A DNA stretch of 61,239 nt, the filler included, from Porpidia crustulata (taxonomy: Eukaryota): assembly GCA_964255105.1 (NCBI GenBank). It is 10 parts of 10 records of this genome, joined end to end, with 100 filler letters (N's around TTAATTAATTAA, not from the genome) between each part and the next. Parts side by side here need not be neighbours in the genome. Positions count along the whole stretch, not along the records: positions 1 to 6,051 come from CAXUWE010001644.1; positions 6,152 to 12,198 come from CAXUWE010001645.1; positions 12,299 to 18,345 come from CAXUWE010001646.1; 7 more parts are not named here. One strand, given 5' to 3'. Positions 1 through 12,621 of this stretch are shown one piece after another; within the stretch, counting starts at the first letter, position 1; each line of letters begins with the position of its first letter. A program made the position numbers and the translations under genes. The notes below the pieces were generated by a model that was not told the origin of the DNA, did no database searches, and saw nothing but the letters and a program-made list of their open reading frames with translations.

Positions 1-422
1 TGGTGATGGGTGGATAGGAAGGCGAAATCCTGAAGGAAAGGCGACGGGGATGATGGAGATGAAATTTGATGCGGGATAGGTTGGTAACCCTAATGCTAAG
101 CCTATTTGGGGGGTGGTGTATGGGTAGGGTATGGTGGTGTATCGTTATTGTGACCCTTGTAAAAACCCTTGAGTTAGCATATTACCGGCACGTCATATGT
201 GTGGGGTGGGGACCATGCCTATCTTGGCTAACCTACCCTGTACCCTGCTAAAGTCGGATAACGAAAAGCCGGGGAAAGCCGCGATATCTAAAATCAATAC
301 ATAGTAATTTTAAAATTCTGTAGTATTACATTTGCTCATTCTGAGCCGTTCTCTGCACTGCACCGGATGATTGAAGAACATTCCCAAGGGAGCGAATGTC
401 AGTCTGACAACTAGCCGACAGA

Positions 423-3400
423 ATGCGGCCTATGGTGCCAAGGGCATTGGCGCATCGGAAAGCAGTAGCTAGGCTTTCCAGATCCTTACAATGGTCGGTG
501 TGCTCAGATTGTCTTCGTACTGAAGGCCTCATAGCACAGACTCAACGGCGACCATACTATCGCAGCTCCGCAGGCGATGAGAGCAATGCTCTGCCCACCT
601 TATCAATTCGAGATTCTATCATTAGCCCACTGGATACATTCCCACGACGGCATATCGGTCCCTCGACGTTATCTACACAGCAAATGCTTGAAGCTTTGGA
701 TCCACCAGCTAAAGATTTGGATAGCTTTATAGAAGAAGTTCTACCAGCGGATATTCTAAGTGCCGAGGATCTCCACCTCACCGTATCCGGCAATGGAAAT
801 ACCAAACCTGGTACCAGTGGTGAAGGCCTTTCGGAATCTCAGGCAACAGAACGATTGAAAGAATATGCTGGACGCAACATAACCCAACGTAGCTTCATTG
901 GGTGTGGATATGCAGACACAGTTGTACCGGAAGTAATCAAACGAAATGTGCTTGAAAACCCAAGCTGGTACACCAGCTATACCCCGTATCAACCGGAAAT
1001 CGCTCAAGGACGTCTTGAGTCGCTACTTAACTTTCAAACAATGGTGTCCGATCTAACCGCACTCAGTATATCCAATGCTTCAGTCCTTGATGAACCAACT
1101 GCTGCAGCAGAAGCAATGACTTTATCCTTGAATGCGCTACCGACGGCACGGCAAAGAAGGCCTGACAAGACCTTCGTTGTGTCTCACTTATGCCATCCAC
1201 AGACAAAAGCTGTCCTGCAGTCTCGTGCAGATGGATTTGGTATTCGAATATCTGAGATTGACATCTTGGAAGATGGGGGCAAGAAAGTTAAGGATTTGGG
1301 AGACGACTTGATTGGAGTCCTTGCTCAATACCCAGACACGGAAGGCGGAGTTGAGGACTTCCAGGGCCTTGCAAATACAATACACGAGCTTGGCGCTACA
1401 TTCTGTGTCGCCACAGACTTACTAGCACTGACGTTACTAAAACCACCAGGGGAATTCGGCACAGACATTGCTTTTGGTAATGCACAACGTTTTGGGGTAC
1501 CATTAGGGTATGGCGGGCCTCACGCTGCATTCTTCGCATGCAACGAAAAGTACAAACGAAAGATACCTGGTCGGATTGTCGGCGTGTCAAAGGACCGATT
1601 AGGCAATAGAGCTTTGAGGCTAGCATTGCAGACCCGAGAACAGCACATAAGACGAGAGAAAGCGACAAGCAACATATGTACTGCCCAGGCGCTTCTAGCA
1701 AACATGAGCGCTTTTTACGCTGTGTATCATGGCCCTGGTGGAATACGAGCTATTGCAAGAAAGGTGGTCGATAATGCACGGGCGATTGAGCAGGGTTTAT
1801 GGGAGCTGGGATATAGTACAGGGTCAAAAGGAAAAAGCAAGGATGGTCGAGTACTGTTTGACACCGTAGTCATCAATATTGATTCGGGGAGAGCTATTGA
1901 GATAGCTGAGTTCGCAGCAAACCACGCACACATCAACTTTCGGGTGATAAATGAGGACAAACTAGGAATCACTGTTGACGAGACAATAACTACCAGTGCT
2001 CTCAAGCAGATTCTGAATGTCTTTGAGAGATTTTCCTCGACAAAGAGGGAGCCCTATGAAGCAGACAAGCTTGTGGACGATGTTACTAGGCGCCTTCAAG
2101 ACGACTCTCCCAAGATCACTGAAGCATCGTCGACTTTCACGCGGACGTCACAGTATCTCACTCATCCAGTGTTCAATACGTACCACTCCGAGACAGAGAT
2201 CCTGCGGTACATACACCATCTTCAAGGAAAGGACCTTTCCTTAACCCACTCCATGATACCTCTTGGCTCTTGTACTATGAAGCTTAACGCAACTACCGAG
2301 ATGATACCAATCTCTTGGCCGGGATTTTCTTCAATTCACCCATTCGTGCCAGTAGGCCAGGTGCCAGGTTATGCTGAGTTGATTCGTGAATTAGAGGAGG
2401 ATCTAGCTGTGATTACCGGCTTCGACAAAATATCTCTTCAACCTAATTCTGGTGCCCAAGGAGAGTTCACTGGTCTACGAGTGATTCGAAAATTCCAGGA
2501 GCAACAGCCTGGAAAGAAACGAGATATTTGCTTGATACCCGTGTCTGCTCATGGGACCAACCCTGCAAGTGCTGCAATGGCCGGCATGAGAGTCGTGACC
2601 ATCAAATGTGATACTGGTACAGGCAACCTGGATTTGGAAGACCTTGAAGCCAAATGTAGGAAGTACAGCGAAGAGCTTGGGGCAATCATGATTACTTACC
2701 CTAGTACGTTTGGAGTTTTCGAGCCTAAAATTAAAAAGGTTTGCGAGATTGTCCACAACCACGGCGGCCAAGTTTACATGGACGGCGCGAACATGAATGC
2801 ACAGATTGGCTTATGCTCACCTGGTGAAATTGGAGCGGATGTATGCCATCTTAACCTTCATAAAACTTTCTGTATCCCACATGGAGGTGGTGGACCTGGT
2901 GTAGGGCCAATCGGGGTCAAATCTCATCTGGCACCATTCTTGCCAGGTCATCCACTTGTGCAAACGGGTGGTGAGCAGGCTATTGCACCTGTTAGTGGCG
3001 CCCCATGGGGTAGCGCCAGTATATTACCCATAAGTTGGGCGTACATCAAGATGATGGGCGGTCGCGGACTTACCCATGCAACTAAGATCACTCTTCTCAA
3101 TGCCAATTACATCCTTTCCCGTTTAAAGGCCTACTATCCTATTCTTTACACTAACACTGCAGGTCGCTGCGCTCACGAGTTCATCCTTGACGTTCGAAAA
3201 TTCAAGGATACAGCAGGTATCGAAGCCATTGATGTAGCGAAGCGTCTCCAAGACTACGGCTTTCATGCTCCGACCATGTCATGGCCTGTAGCAAACACTC
3301 TCATGATCGAACCCACAGAGAGCGAGAACAAGGATGAGCTCGACCGCTTCTGCGACGCATTGATTGGAATCCGCAAGGAAATTGAAGCAATAGAGAAAGG

Positions 3401-3723
3401 TGGTCAACCTCGTGAAAATAACGTGCTTAAAATGGCACCCCATTCACTCAAAGATTTATTGGTGGGCGAAAAGTGGGAGAGGAGCTATACTAGAGAGTCT
3501 GCTGCATATCCGCTATCATATCTCAAGGAGAAGAAGTTTTGGCCGACTGTCACGCGATTAGATGATTGTAAGTGGTAGATTTGCAGAAGTGTACCTTGGA
3601 AGGATTACAACTGACCCAATTCCAGCCTATGGTGACATGAACCTCTTCTGCTCCTGCGGTCCCGTAGAAACTGTCGATACGGTCGACGGAATCACTGGAG
3701 TTGCGGCACCAGCGCCAACTTAG
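423..3723 (+). CDS. GCV2: Glycine dehydrogenase (decarboxylating), glycine cleavage system P protein, mitochondrial
   Basis: 1051-aa ORF with SYTPYQPEIAQGRLE, QHIRREKATSNICTAQAL, PLGSCTMKLN and the PLP-lysine motif HLNLHKTFCIPHGGGGPG. One intron 3568-3625 (GTAAGT..CTGAC..CAG) restores the conserved end RLDDSYGDMNLFCSC; stop TAG at 3721-3723. Arg-rich N-terminus resembles a presequence. Confidence 0.97.
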
Positions 3724-4009
3724 AATAGAAATGAAACTTTCGACGCAGTGACGAGCTAGGCGTTATTATTTTTGGATTCATGGGCTGGAAGCATAGGCAT
3801 CTCAACGATTGGCCTTTAGCACTTTTGCAAGCATTTTAGCGACTGGTTCAACAATACCATTTCTGGGAATTTAGATGGGGATGCCTGGGGAAGAATCTGA
3901 GTATCGATAGTAAAATATCAAAATTACTCTCAAACCTTTCCATCTCTTGCTATGCCATTAGTATGTCTATGCCCTTATGAATACACAATACCCAAACGCC
4001 AAATCTAGA

Positions 4010-4485
4010 CTACCTCCCCCCAACACAGCACTGTCCCGCAGCCGCGCCGACTCCCTGATCCCCCATCTTGATTGTCTCATTGTCTCCCCTCTCGGTCTCC
4101 TCATGTAAACGTAACTCTAGGAACTCCACATTAGCAATCACTTCCCTCCTAGATCCGTAATACATCAGAACCCACGATACTTGTCCTCGCTTCCCTCAAC
4201 CTGCTCTCCTTGAACTATATTCTTCCGTAATATCACCGCGACCTCCTCCGCGTGCGCGCGAGCTGCCTCGGCTTCGGGGCTGCCTGGTGGAAGAGAGCGA
4301 TTGGTGTTGAAATTGGAGCGGGCGGTATAGCGGGCGGCGGACAGCACGCGGAGGTCGCCTGGCGGGGAGGTAAGCAGAGCAAGGGAATGTATTGGAGCGT
4401 ATTCACCTTGGAAGGCGATATGGGTGGAGCGGAGGAGCTGGCGATAGGCGGCTAAGGCCATTGAGCTGGCTGAGGGTTGGCTCAT
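4010..4485 (-). CDS. MZM1: LYR-motif complex III assembly factor (mitochondrial zinc maintenance protein 1 / LYRM7)
   Basis: [16 protein letters not shown]...[15 protein letters not shown]...[18 protein letters not shown] after removing introns 4359-4406 and 4117-4175; stop at 4010-4012. The true start may be the second Met (MALAAY). Confidence 0.88.
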
Positions 4486-4638
4486 GCGGTACGCATGGGG
4501 AGACCTAAAACAGTCGTGGTGTCGAAGGAGGAAATTTAGGCGAGAACTAGCGCCCGTTTGACAAGATTTCGAATGTGCCGATCAGATTTGAATTCTAAAT
4601 CTTCAATATTGACAATCTTTGTTTCTTCGAACTTCTCC

Positions 4639-6051
4639 ATGGCAGCTGTTCAAATCCAGCTACCGCTACCTGTCTTGCCTGAAGGCTGGACGGCAGAGAA
4701 AGACTTCAAAGCCGTTGGTACTCTTTCATCTGCTACTCAACGAAACATCGAGCCTGTGGGCCCTCATTTTCTGGCGCATGCACGACGAGTATGCCTCCAC
4801 TATCCTACACTCTTCAGGTCAAGCCCCGATGGTTGCTAATAAAGATAACAGAAGCGCCACAAACGTACGTTTTCAGAGGATGACCGTATCCAGGCGCAGG
4901 AGAACGTCAAGAAGACGGAGGACGATGACACTGGAGATATCAGCGAGCCGGAAGACCCACTGATGCTGCAACGTGATGCCAAGGACTGGAAGGTATAACT
5001 TCCCGAATTCCTTATTTGTTCGACTTTGCTGACCACCTCTCGTCAATGTAGGGCCAAGATCACTACGCCGTGCTCGGTCTCACCAAATATCGCTACCGCG
5101 CAACCCCTGAGCAAATCAAGCGTGCACATCGCAAAAAGGTCCTCCGCCATCATCCTGATAAAAAAGCCGCTGCTGGCTCTTCCGAAGACGATTCCTTCTT
5201 CAAATGCATACAAAAAGCCACGGAAGTTCTTTTGGATCCTGTGAAACGCCGCCAATTCGATTCAGTCGACGAAGCAGCAGACGTCGAGCCACCGTCCAAG
5301 AAACAGGCCAAAGAAGGCAAATTCTACAAACTCTGGGGTGCCGTGTTCGAAAGAGAAGGTCGCTTCAGCAAAACCCAACCGGTACCGAAGCTCGGTAACG
5401 AGAAAAGCACAAAGGAAGATGTTGAGACATTTTACAACTTCTGGTACAACTTCGACTCCTGGCGATCATTCGAATATCAGGACGAAGACGTCCCCGACGA
5501 CAACGAAAACCGCGACCAGAAGCGCCACGTCGAGCGAAAGAACAACAACGCCCGCAAGAAGAAAAAGACGGAAGACACCACACGTCTGCGCCAGCTTGTC
5601 GACGACTGCCTCGCCAACGACGAGCGCATCAAAAAATTCCGCAAAGAAGAACGCGCCGGCAAAGACCGCAAGCGCCTCGAACGCGAAGAAGCCGACCGCA
5701 AAGCCGCCGACGACGCCAAAAAGGCAAAAGAAGACGAAGCCCGTCTCGCCAAGGCCAAAGAAGAATCCGACAAGGCCGACCGCGCCGAAGGCAAAAAAGC
5801 CAAAGAAGCGGCCAAGAACGCCGCCAAGAAGAACAAGCGCGTGCTGAAGAGCAGCGTCAAAGACGCAAACTACCTCTTGCCTGCCGCCCAGACCCCGGAC
5901 GCCAAGAGGGTCGACGACGTCCTGAACGACGTCGAGCTCATCACGGCCAAGATCGATAACGAGGAGTTGGCGGCTTTGGCGGGGAAGCTGGCTGGGGCTA
6001 AGGGGTTGGATGTGGGCAGGATCTGGGAGGAGGAGGCGAGGAGGTTGGGGG
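4639..6051 (+). CDS. ZUO1: Zuotin, ribosome-associated J-domain chaperone (3' end cut at contig end)
   Basis: IEPVGPHFLAHARR N-terminal zuotin domain, J-domain HHPDKK, FYNFWYNFDSWRSFEY and a charged helical region. Introns 4789-4851 and 4993-5051. Confidence 0.96.
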
Positions 6052-6151
6052 NNNNNNNNNNNNNNNNNNNNNNNNNNNNNNNNNNNNNNNNNNNNTTAAT
6101 TAATTAANNNNNNNNNNNNNNNNNNNNNNNNNNNNNNNNNNNNNNNNNNNN
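6052..6151. other. Artificial contig linker (44 N + TTAATTAATTAA + 44 N)
   Basis: Six-frame stop 12-mer at 6096-6107 flanked by N runs; the same unit occurs nine times. Confidence 0.99.
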
Positions 6152-7626
6152 GGGTTGATGCGCAAGGAGGGACGTGGGGTCATGTTTACTTTTGCGAGAA
6201 AGTCCGAAAATGGGGTTCCCTTGTCTCGGGCGAATGACCATAGTTGTCGAGAGGCGGTGGCGATTTCGGCGATGCAGGCGCAGACGAGCAGGATGATGGG
6301 GATGGCGACCATGAAGTTTGTGCCTGGAAGGTTCTGCGTGGCGTTGTAGTAGATTTGGACGAAGGGATACCCGGTTGGGGAGGCGAGGACGCTGGAAAGG
6401 TCACCGATGGCGAAGCAGAGGGTCAGGACCATTACGAAGCCGAGGACCGCGCTGAGAAAGACGGACCACATCATGGCTTTTGGGAGGGTCGCGCCGGCGT
6501 CTTTGATTTCTTCGGCTATCAACAGATTTGTGTAAGTGAGAACGGAAGTAGGTGATGGATAATGTGACATACACATGTGTACCATGCAGTCAAAGCCAAG
6601 CATAGAGGTTACGGGAGTGAGCAAGCCAACCATGACCGAGGTTCTCATACTACTCCAGTGTCCGCCATTGCTGAATTCTAGGAATACCGACTTGGCGCTA
6701 CTTCGAGGCGCCAGGATCCATAAGGGAATGATAGTTGCAAAGAAGCCCACAATATAGAGGACTAGCACGAGGTTCTCAATCAGAGGCAGCTTCTTGGCCA
6801 GGAAGGTGTTGAAAAACATGGAGAATGCAATGATTGCAATCACCAGGAGCGTTCCCTGCCAGCGTTGGAAAACGTAGTCTGGAATGTTTAGAGCAAAAAG
6901 ACCTTGGATGATAGTTCCAGCTAGGAAAGATGTAGATACGATGGCTCCTTGCCATCCCGTGAAGCAGAGCCAACCTTTTGGGAGCTGTGAGCATACTTTC
7001 TTTTGTTGGGGTTTGAGGGACTGTTCTACCAGTGATATAGCTTAAATACTTCTGGCAACTGCGCGGAGCAAACTCCGAGACCCAGTGGTATTGGCCTCCA
7101 GATGTTGGAGCCCTGACAATATAGTTAGCAGCGTAGCTCGAGTATATGGGTTTGATATTCCTACATCGAAGCCATCTCCGCGATACTCGCATAAACCAAT
7201 GTCAATCCTATAACACTGATAATATAGCCCCAGAACAGTCCTGCAGTACCTCCATTGAGCAAGGCAAGACCAAGAGTGCTAATCCTTAGCTTGTGATCCT
7301 GCTTGTAATTTTCTGATCTTACCTTGCTACAAAAACCCAAGTACTAAGCAGAGTACTACCGAGTCCGACAATGGATACAAAATGAAAATTGCGCTGAGAA
7401 AATCAGTACAGAGATCGATAGAAAGCGATACAACTTGGAGAGAGGTTCGCACGCGTAGTTCTTGCACTCTCCCCAGTGTGTCCATGTCGTGCTTGTCGGC
7501 AGCGGTACCTTGCCATCTCTTGTCTAGACTATCTATCTCCAAGCTGTCCTCGTCACAACGAACAACGGCAGCCTTCTCCTCAGCCATCACGGCGGCCTTG
7601 TCACTGTTGGTAAGAGATATCGACAT
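6152..7626 (-). CDS. Amino acid/GABA/choline permease (APC superfamily), 3' end cut at contig end
   Basis: Spliced translation gives LRRNFHFVSIVG, NGGTAGLFWG, SIAEMASMAPTSGGQYHWVSEFAP, GFDCMVHM-EE and TASRQLWSFARDKG; several GT-AG introns. Confidence 0.92.
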
Positions 7627-8568
7627 GGCTACTAAAGACAGACGAAAGGAGAATTGCAGACGTATATAAGAAAATTCTTGAACACATAAGAAACGAACTA
7701 AGACAATGTTCTTTGATATAAACTATCAAAGATCTAGAACCATGAGGCTTATCAGCACTCGAATCAACGAGACTGCAATGATAGGGCTAAGACCGGGTTC
7801 CCGCGCAGCTGCAAGCAATGCAGGACAGTCGACTGCAGTTGCAAGGTTCATAGGGCTCCAATGCTATGGTATGACTCTCCAGTCGAGGTATCCATTGGAC
7901 CTGAGAGTGATGGCCGTGCGTGCAGAGCAAACAGTCGTGCATAATATGCTGACTTGCGACCCCTCATCTTGAGCCTCCAGAGATTCAAACGAGCCAGATA
8001 TAGGGAGTCACAATGGCGGTGTGCAGCTCTATACACAAGCAACTATTGGTATCCTACAGTGGTCGATATTTCCGTCGCTGTAGAGAGTCAACGAGTAGAA
8101 GACTTGGAGAGTTGAAGAGGGAGTTGTTCCAGTTGTGCCATTGACAATACAAAAAGTAAAGAGAGAGGCCGCTAGTTTAGCGCCATTCTATCATACCTCT
8201 CGCTTCAACCCATTTCTGAGTCTCTCCTAACTCCTGATACGTCCCCACTAAATCCTGCTGATAAAAAGTATCTGACGAATGTATGGTGCTTATGCTAGTG
8301 TTCCTTTAGACTTCTATTTGGGTATGTTGCTGTCTCTAACTCATCCTGGCCCGCATCAACCGCACGCCTTTCCACAAGAGGAACCCGGTCCTCTGCATGG
8401 TAAGCCCTTCCCAACGATAAGAAGCAATTGGAACCCCGCATCGGCTGTAGATATAGAGCTTCTGGAGAATCTTCTGCGATGATAACGATCATAATATAAT
8501 GAAGTTTCTGACGGGGAAGTGACCTCGTAGAAGTTGACTTTGTGTTTGTCCAATTCTTTCTTCTGACA

Positions 8569-10130
8569 ATGTCCATCTATATCCTTGCCATCGGCGCAAC
8601 GGGGATTCTCCTCCTCCTAATCTACCAATACATCATTTTCCCTTCCCTCGTCTCCCCGCTCTCCAAGATTCCCAATGCCCACTTCACCGCCCCTTTCCTA
8701 CCAACCTGGATGTCATGGAAGCGCCGCACCGGCTTCGAGACCCGCTCCGTCTTCGCCGCCCACCAGAAATACGGCCCCGTCGTGCGCCTCGCCCCCAACG
8801 AACTTAGCGTTGCGTCCCTCGATGGCCTGCGCCAGATCTACGTGGGTGGCTATGAGAAGCACCCGTGGTATCTGGACGAATTTGCCAACTTCGGTGTGCC
8901 CAATCTCGTCAGCATAAAGGAGCGCAAGCAGCATTCGGTCCAGAAACGTATGATTTCGAATGTGTATTCCAAGTCCTACTTGCACAGCTCCTGGGACCTG
9001 GATGCCTTGTCCCGCGCCTTGCTCTTCAACAGATTGCTTCCTCTCTTCGATTCCGCCACACGGAATGAGACACCTGTAGAGGTGCTCGAGTTTTTTCAGG
9101 CGGTTAGCATGGATTTCACGTCCGCCTACCTCTTTGGCCTCGCCAACGCCACGGATTTCATACGTGACGTGAAGGCCCGTCGGCACTATATCCGTATGTA
9201 CCAGACCAAAGCCCAACATCTTCCAGGTGCAGAAATCGCGACTGGGTACATCGAATCCCACTGTCTCACCATGTGCAAGGCCGCTGACTTGTTTTGCCAA
9301 ACGTCTGAGAAGACCTTGAATCATGCCCCTGCGACGAGCCCCGTCGTATATAGCCAGCTTTCCTCCCAAAGATCAAAGATCTCTCCCTCCACAGACCCTT
9401 CCAGTCCGGACAATCTTACCGTCGCGTCCGAGATGCTTGACCACCTCCTTGCTGGCCGTGAGACGTCGTCCATAACCATGACCTACCTTATGCATGAATT
9501 GTCCCGCCGCCCTACTATCCAGGCTTCCCTGCGATCCGAACTCCTCACTCTGTCCCCCTCAATTCTGTGCTCCAATAGCGCCTCAGCCCTCCCTCATCCT
9601 CAGACTATCGATTCGCTGCCCTTACTGAATGCAATCCTCTACGAGACTCTACGTCTCTATGCCGCCAACCCGGCACCCCAACCGCGCCTCACACCACCGG
9701 GCGGCGCTACTATCGAAGGCTATGCAAACATCCCCGCTGGAGTGCGGATCAGCACGGCTGCCTACTGCCTTCATCGCAATACCGAAGTCTTCCCTGATCC
9801 AGATGCTTGGAAACCAGAGCGTTGGCTTCAGGGTGATCTGAAGAAAGGGGGAGGGACCGAAGAAATGAGAAGGTGGTTCTGGGCGTTTGGAAGCGGAGGG
9901 AGGATGTGTATTGGCAGCCATTTTGCTCTGCAGGGTAAGCCACTTTGTCTCAAATGTTAGGTCCGAGAAAAGTTAATGATATCTGGATAGTAATGAAACT
10001 GCTGGTGGCCGCGATTTATACCAACTATACGACTAGTATTGTTGACGATGATGGTATTGAACAGGCGGATACTTTTATCGCTGGACCTGTGGGCAATAAA
10101 CTTGTTCTAAGGTTCCATCAGATATCGTAG
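8569..10130 (+). CDS. Cytochrome P450 monooxygenase
   Basis: N-terminal membrane anchor, YGPVVRLAPNELS, I-helix AGRETSS, ETLR, PERW and heme motif FGSGGRMCIG. Intron 9935-9990; last exon VMKLLVAAIYTNY..; about 501 aa. Confidence 0.96.
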
Positions 10131-11614
10131 GCTAGGACAGTGTCTCTCTCGCCTGTTTCAGGATTTTATTGCGCAGTAGTTTCAAGGCGGGAAACCGGAA
10201 TGTCAACAGAGGAGAAGGGAAAGGCTAGCGCTTCATCTTTGATCCTAGAATATCCAGGGCCTTGTCAGAGTCAACGCACGCTCTTTTGTCCTCTTCCTAT
10301 AACTTGAAAAAGCGGTTGGCAATTCCACGTTTAGGGATTACCATCGTGGATTGGCATAGCGAGGTACAAATATGTACATTCAAGTTAGGAGACCCATATC
10401 GGACAATTCGTAAAGTCCCATTCGTGCGGAACTAGATGTTTCCAATTTTCTCTAATCTCTATTTGAAACAAATCTAACTCGATGGTAGTCTCAAGGGCTG
10501 CGCAAGGTCCACATGCGGGACTTTTGATTGGCAACAAGGCAAGTAAATGCAGAAACCCATGCAAGGCATTGTGTGTTGACACGATCTTGAGTGATCTTAT
10601 CAAAACCCCCGGCTGAATTCACTCCTCCATAGTCATCTTATGATTCTGCAAAAGACGGTATGGCGTTGAGTGATCCTCGCGACACAGGGCAAGCGGATTT
10701 GCGCCTTTGTCGAGCGTCCCTGGACTCAATCTTGACCTCGTTTAAATCAAGCAAAGCCTTCTTGGTAGCACGGAGCAGTCGTGGTGCACAGCAGTCCACG
10801 GTGAATTTGCACCATACTTCTTCAGTATATCGAATTCTACTCTGCAAAGTAAGAAGCTGCTGAACTAGTCCTTCGTCTCCCTCATACGTCGATAGCCGTG
10901 AGCCTTCGTCATGAATTTGGAGATCTGTTCATTATACCAGGGACCTAAATGTAGCTAGTTGTAGCTGATCTTCATTTGAAACTTTCATCATCCTTATTAT
11001 TCCCATCTTCAGCAAGAGTGTAGAAAATGCAAGAGCTGGTGCTACGATAATGTAGGAAAAGATGCCTTTGAACCGAATAGTCATCATGAGTAGGCTTCTC
11101 CAGGCATCGCTACTGGCTCTCGCTTTGTATCGTATCTGCGCGGGTTTAGTAGCAAGTAAGGTAAGTAGGCCACGGAGCGTAAAGGTAGAAAAATGTGTAT
11201 TGGCCAGCTCGAATAATAGAGATGACTTGCCAAGTCAGTGCGTCCCAAAGTCAATTTTGATAGTCGAGTTTGACTTGCGAAGTATAAACTGATGATCAGG
11301 TTTAGGTGGTACTTAGTTTAGTTGCCTTATCTTCGCGTTCAGAATGCCCAGCAACTATTCATGATTGCGTAACCCTAGCAATTGTTAAGGATGATTGCCA
11401 TTTAACCTACCCAAGTCCTCTAGAGTGTTAAGGATTGAGGATCGAGATCCACGCGTCGTGTCTTCGTCTATGCGGGAGGCCATATAGCATTACTGTGCAA
11501 AACGGTACTCGGGATCCATTGAGAGGACACCTTCAAGGCTTCTCGAGACAACTTTCGTATTCTTAGACCCATATCAAGTCTCCCAGTAAAAATTGAAGTC
11601 CAGCCTCACACTGT

Positions 11615-12198
11615 TTATCGCGATTGTAACAGCTGTTTAATCCTCCAGCACATGTCAGCACCCATGAACAACGCTATCAAACATCAGCACTCTCCATCAA
11701 AATCATTTCCTCTGCCTTCTCCCCTGCCCCCAAGAGCACAACTCACCGAAACCCAAATATGGCACATATAACCCAGCCAAATCCCATTTCTCAACCCTAC
11801 TGTACCCCTCCCAAGATACCATATCTACAACGCATGTCAACGTCGTAACAGCCGTCTGTACCGCGAATACCAGCAGCACCAGCGGAAGTAGCGGATATTC
11901 TGCAAATCCAAAAACGCATTAGCCTCGCGTTTGTTGAATGAACATCTCTCCTGTATCCTGTCCCCGCAGAGATACCGGCGAAGACACACCTTGTAGCAGC
12001 GCCGGCACGCTCCAAAAACTAACGGGCAAATGAAATCCCCCCTCCATCCACAGAAACCCCTGGAACCACGCCGGCGGATCCGTGAAGAAGCGGTCCCGAT
12101 ACCTCTGGATATATCTGTCTCTTATGCCCGCTAGCGAATGCGTGATCATGTTCGACGCTTTGGTGGGGAGCAGGAGCGGGAGATGGGGGGTATAGAGG
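11615..12198 (-). CDS. EXPERA-domain membrane protein (TMEM97/EBP-like), 5' end cut at contig end
   Basis: Spliced: YIQRYRDRFFTDPPAWFQGFLWMEGGFHLP...LVLLVFAVQTAVTTLTCVVDM...LYVPYLGFALFMGADMCWRIK; two introns; stop TAA at 11615-11617. Confidence 0.85.
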
Positions 12199-12298
12199 NN
12201 NNNNNNNNNNNNNNNNNNNNNNNNNNNNNNNNNNNNNNNNNNTTAATTAATTAANNNNNNNNNNNNNNNNNNNNNNNNNNNNNNNNNNNNNNNNNNNN
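12199..12298. other. Artificial contig linker
   Basis: 44 N + TTAATTAATTAA + 44 N. Confidence 0.99.
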
Positions 12299-12396
12299 GG
12301 AGGAGGTCGCTGGCGAGGTGAGGTTAGTGGGGGGCTTGGGGTGGAGAGAGGGAGCGGGAAGGAGTACAGGGCACTGTCGAATTGGTCGGAGGACAT
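12299..12396 (-). CDS. Possible first exon and intron of an unidentified gene running off the contig
   Basis: CAACCATG start context (MSSDQFD...), a CTAAC branch site and CAG near the contig edge, and a TATATA about 140 bp upstream. Too short to identify. Confidence 0.3.
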
Positions 12397-12621
12397 GGTT
12401 GTGTGGGTGAATAGTGGGTGGGGTGATGGCTGTGGGGTTGCGAGCCTGGACGTGGGTGTTCGCGAATTTTGTGGTAATGTTGGTATTTACGGTGAGGTAT
12501 CTAGATGAATGATTTGCTTGCTTTAAAACTGGCTATATAAATGGGTATCCGCTGGACTAGATTCCAAAAGTCAACGCAAATAGCTACAACAATATCAAGG
12601 ACCCAGGCTATGCATAAGTCA

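Noticed and set aside
84..92. TAACCCTAA, matching a telomerase RNA template or telomeric repeat
   Set aside because: Single 9-mer about 330 bp upstream of GCV2 on the same strand; no room for a kb-scale telomerase RNA and no tandem array.
10638..10928. Stop-free minus-strand frame of about 96 codons between the P450 and EXPERA genes
   Set aside because: No ATG start and no recognisable motif; length is attainable by chance.
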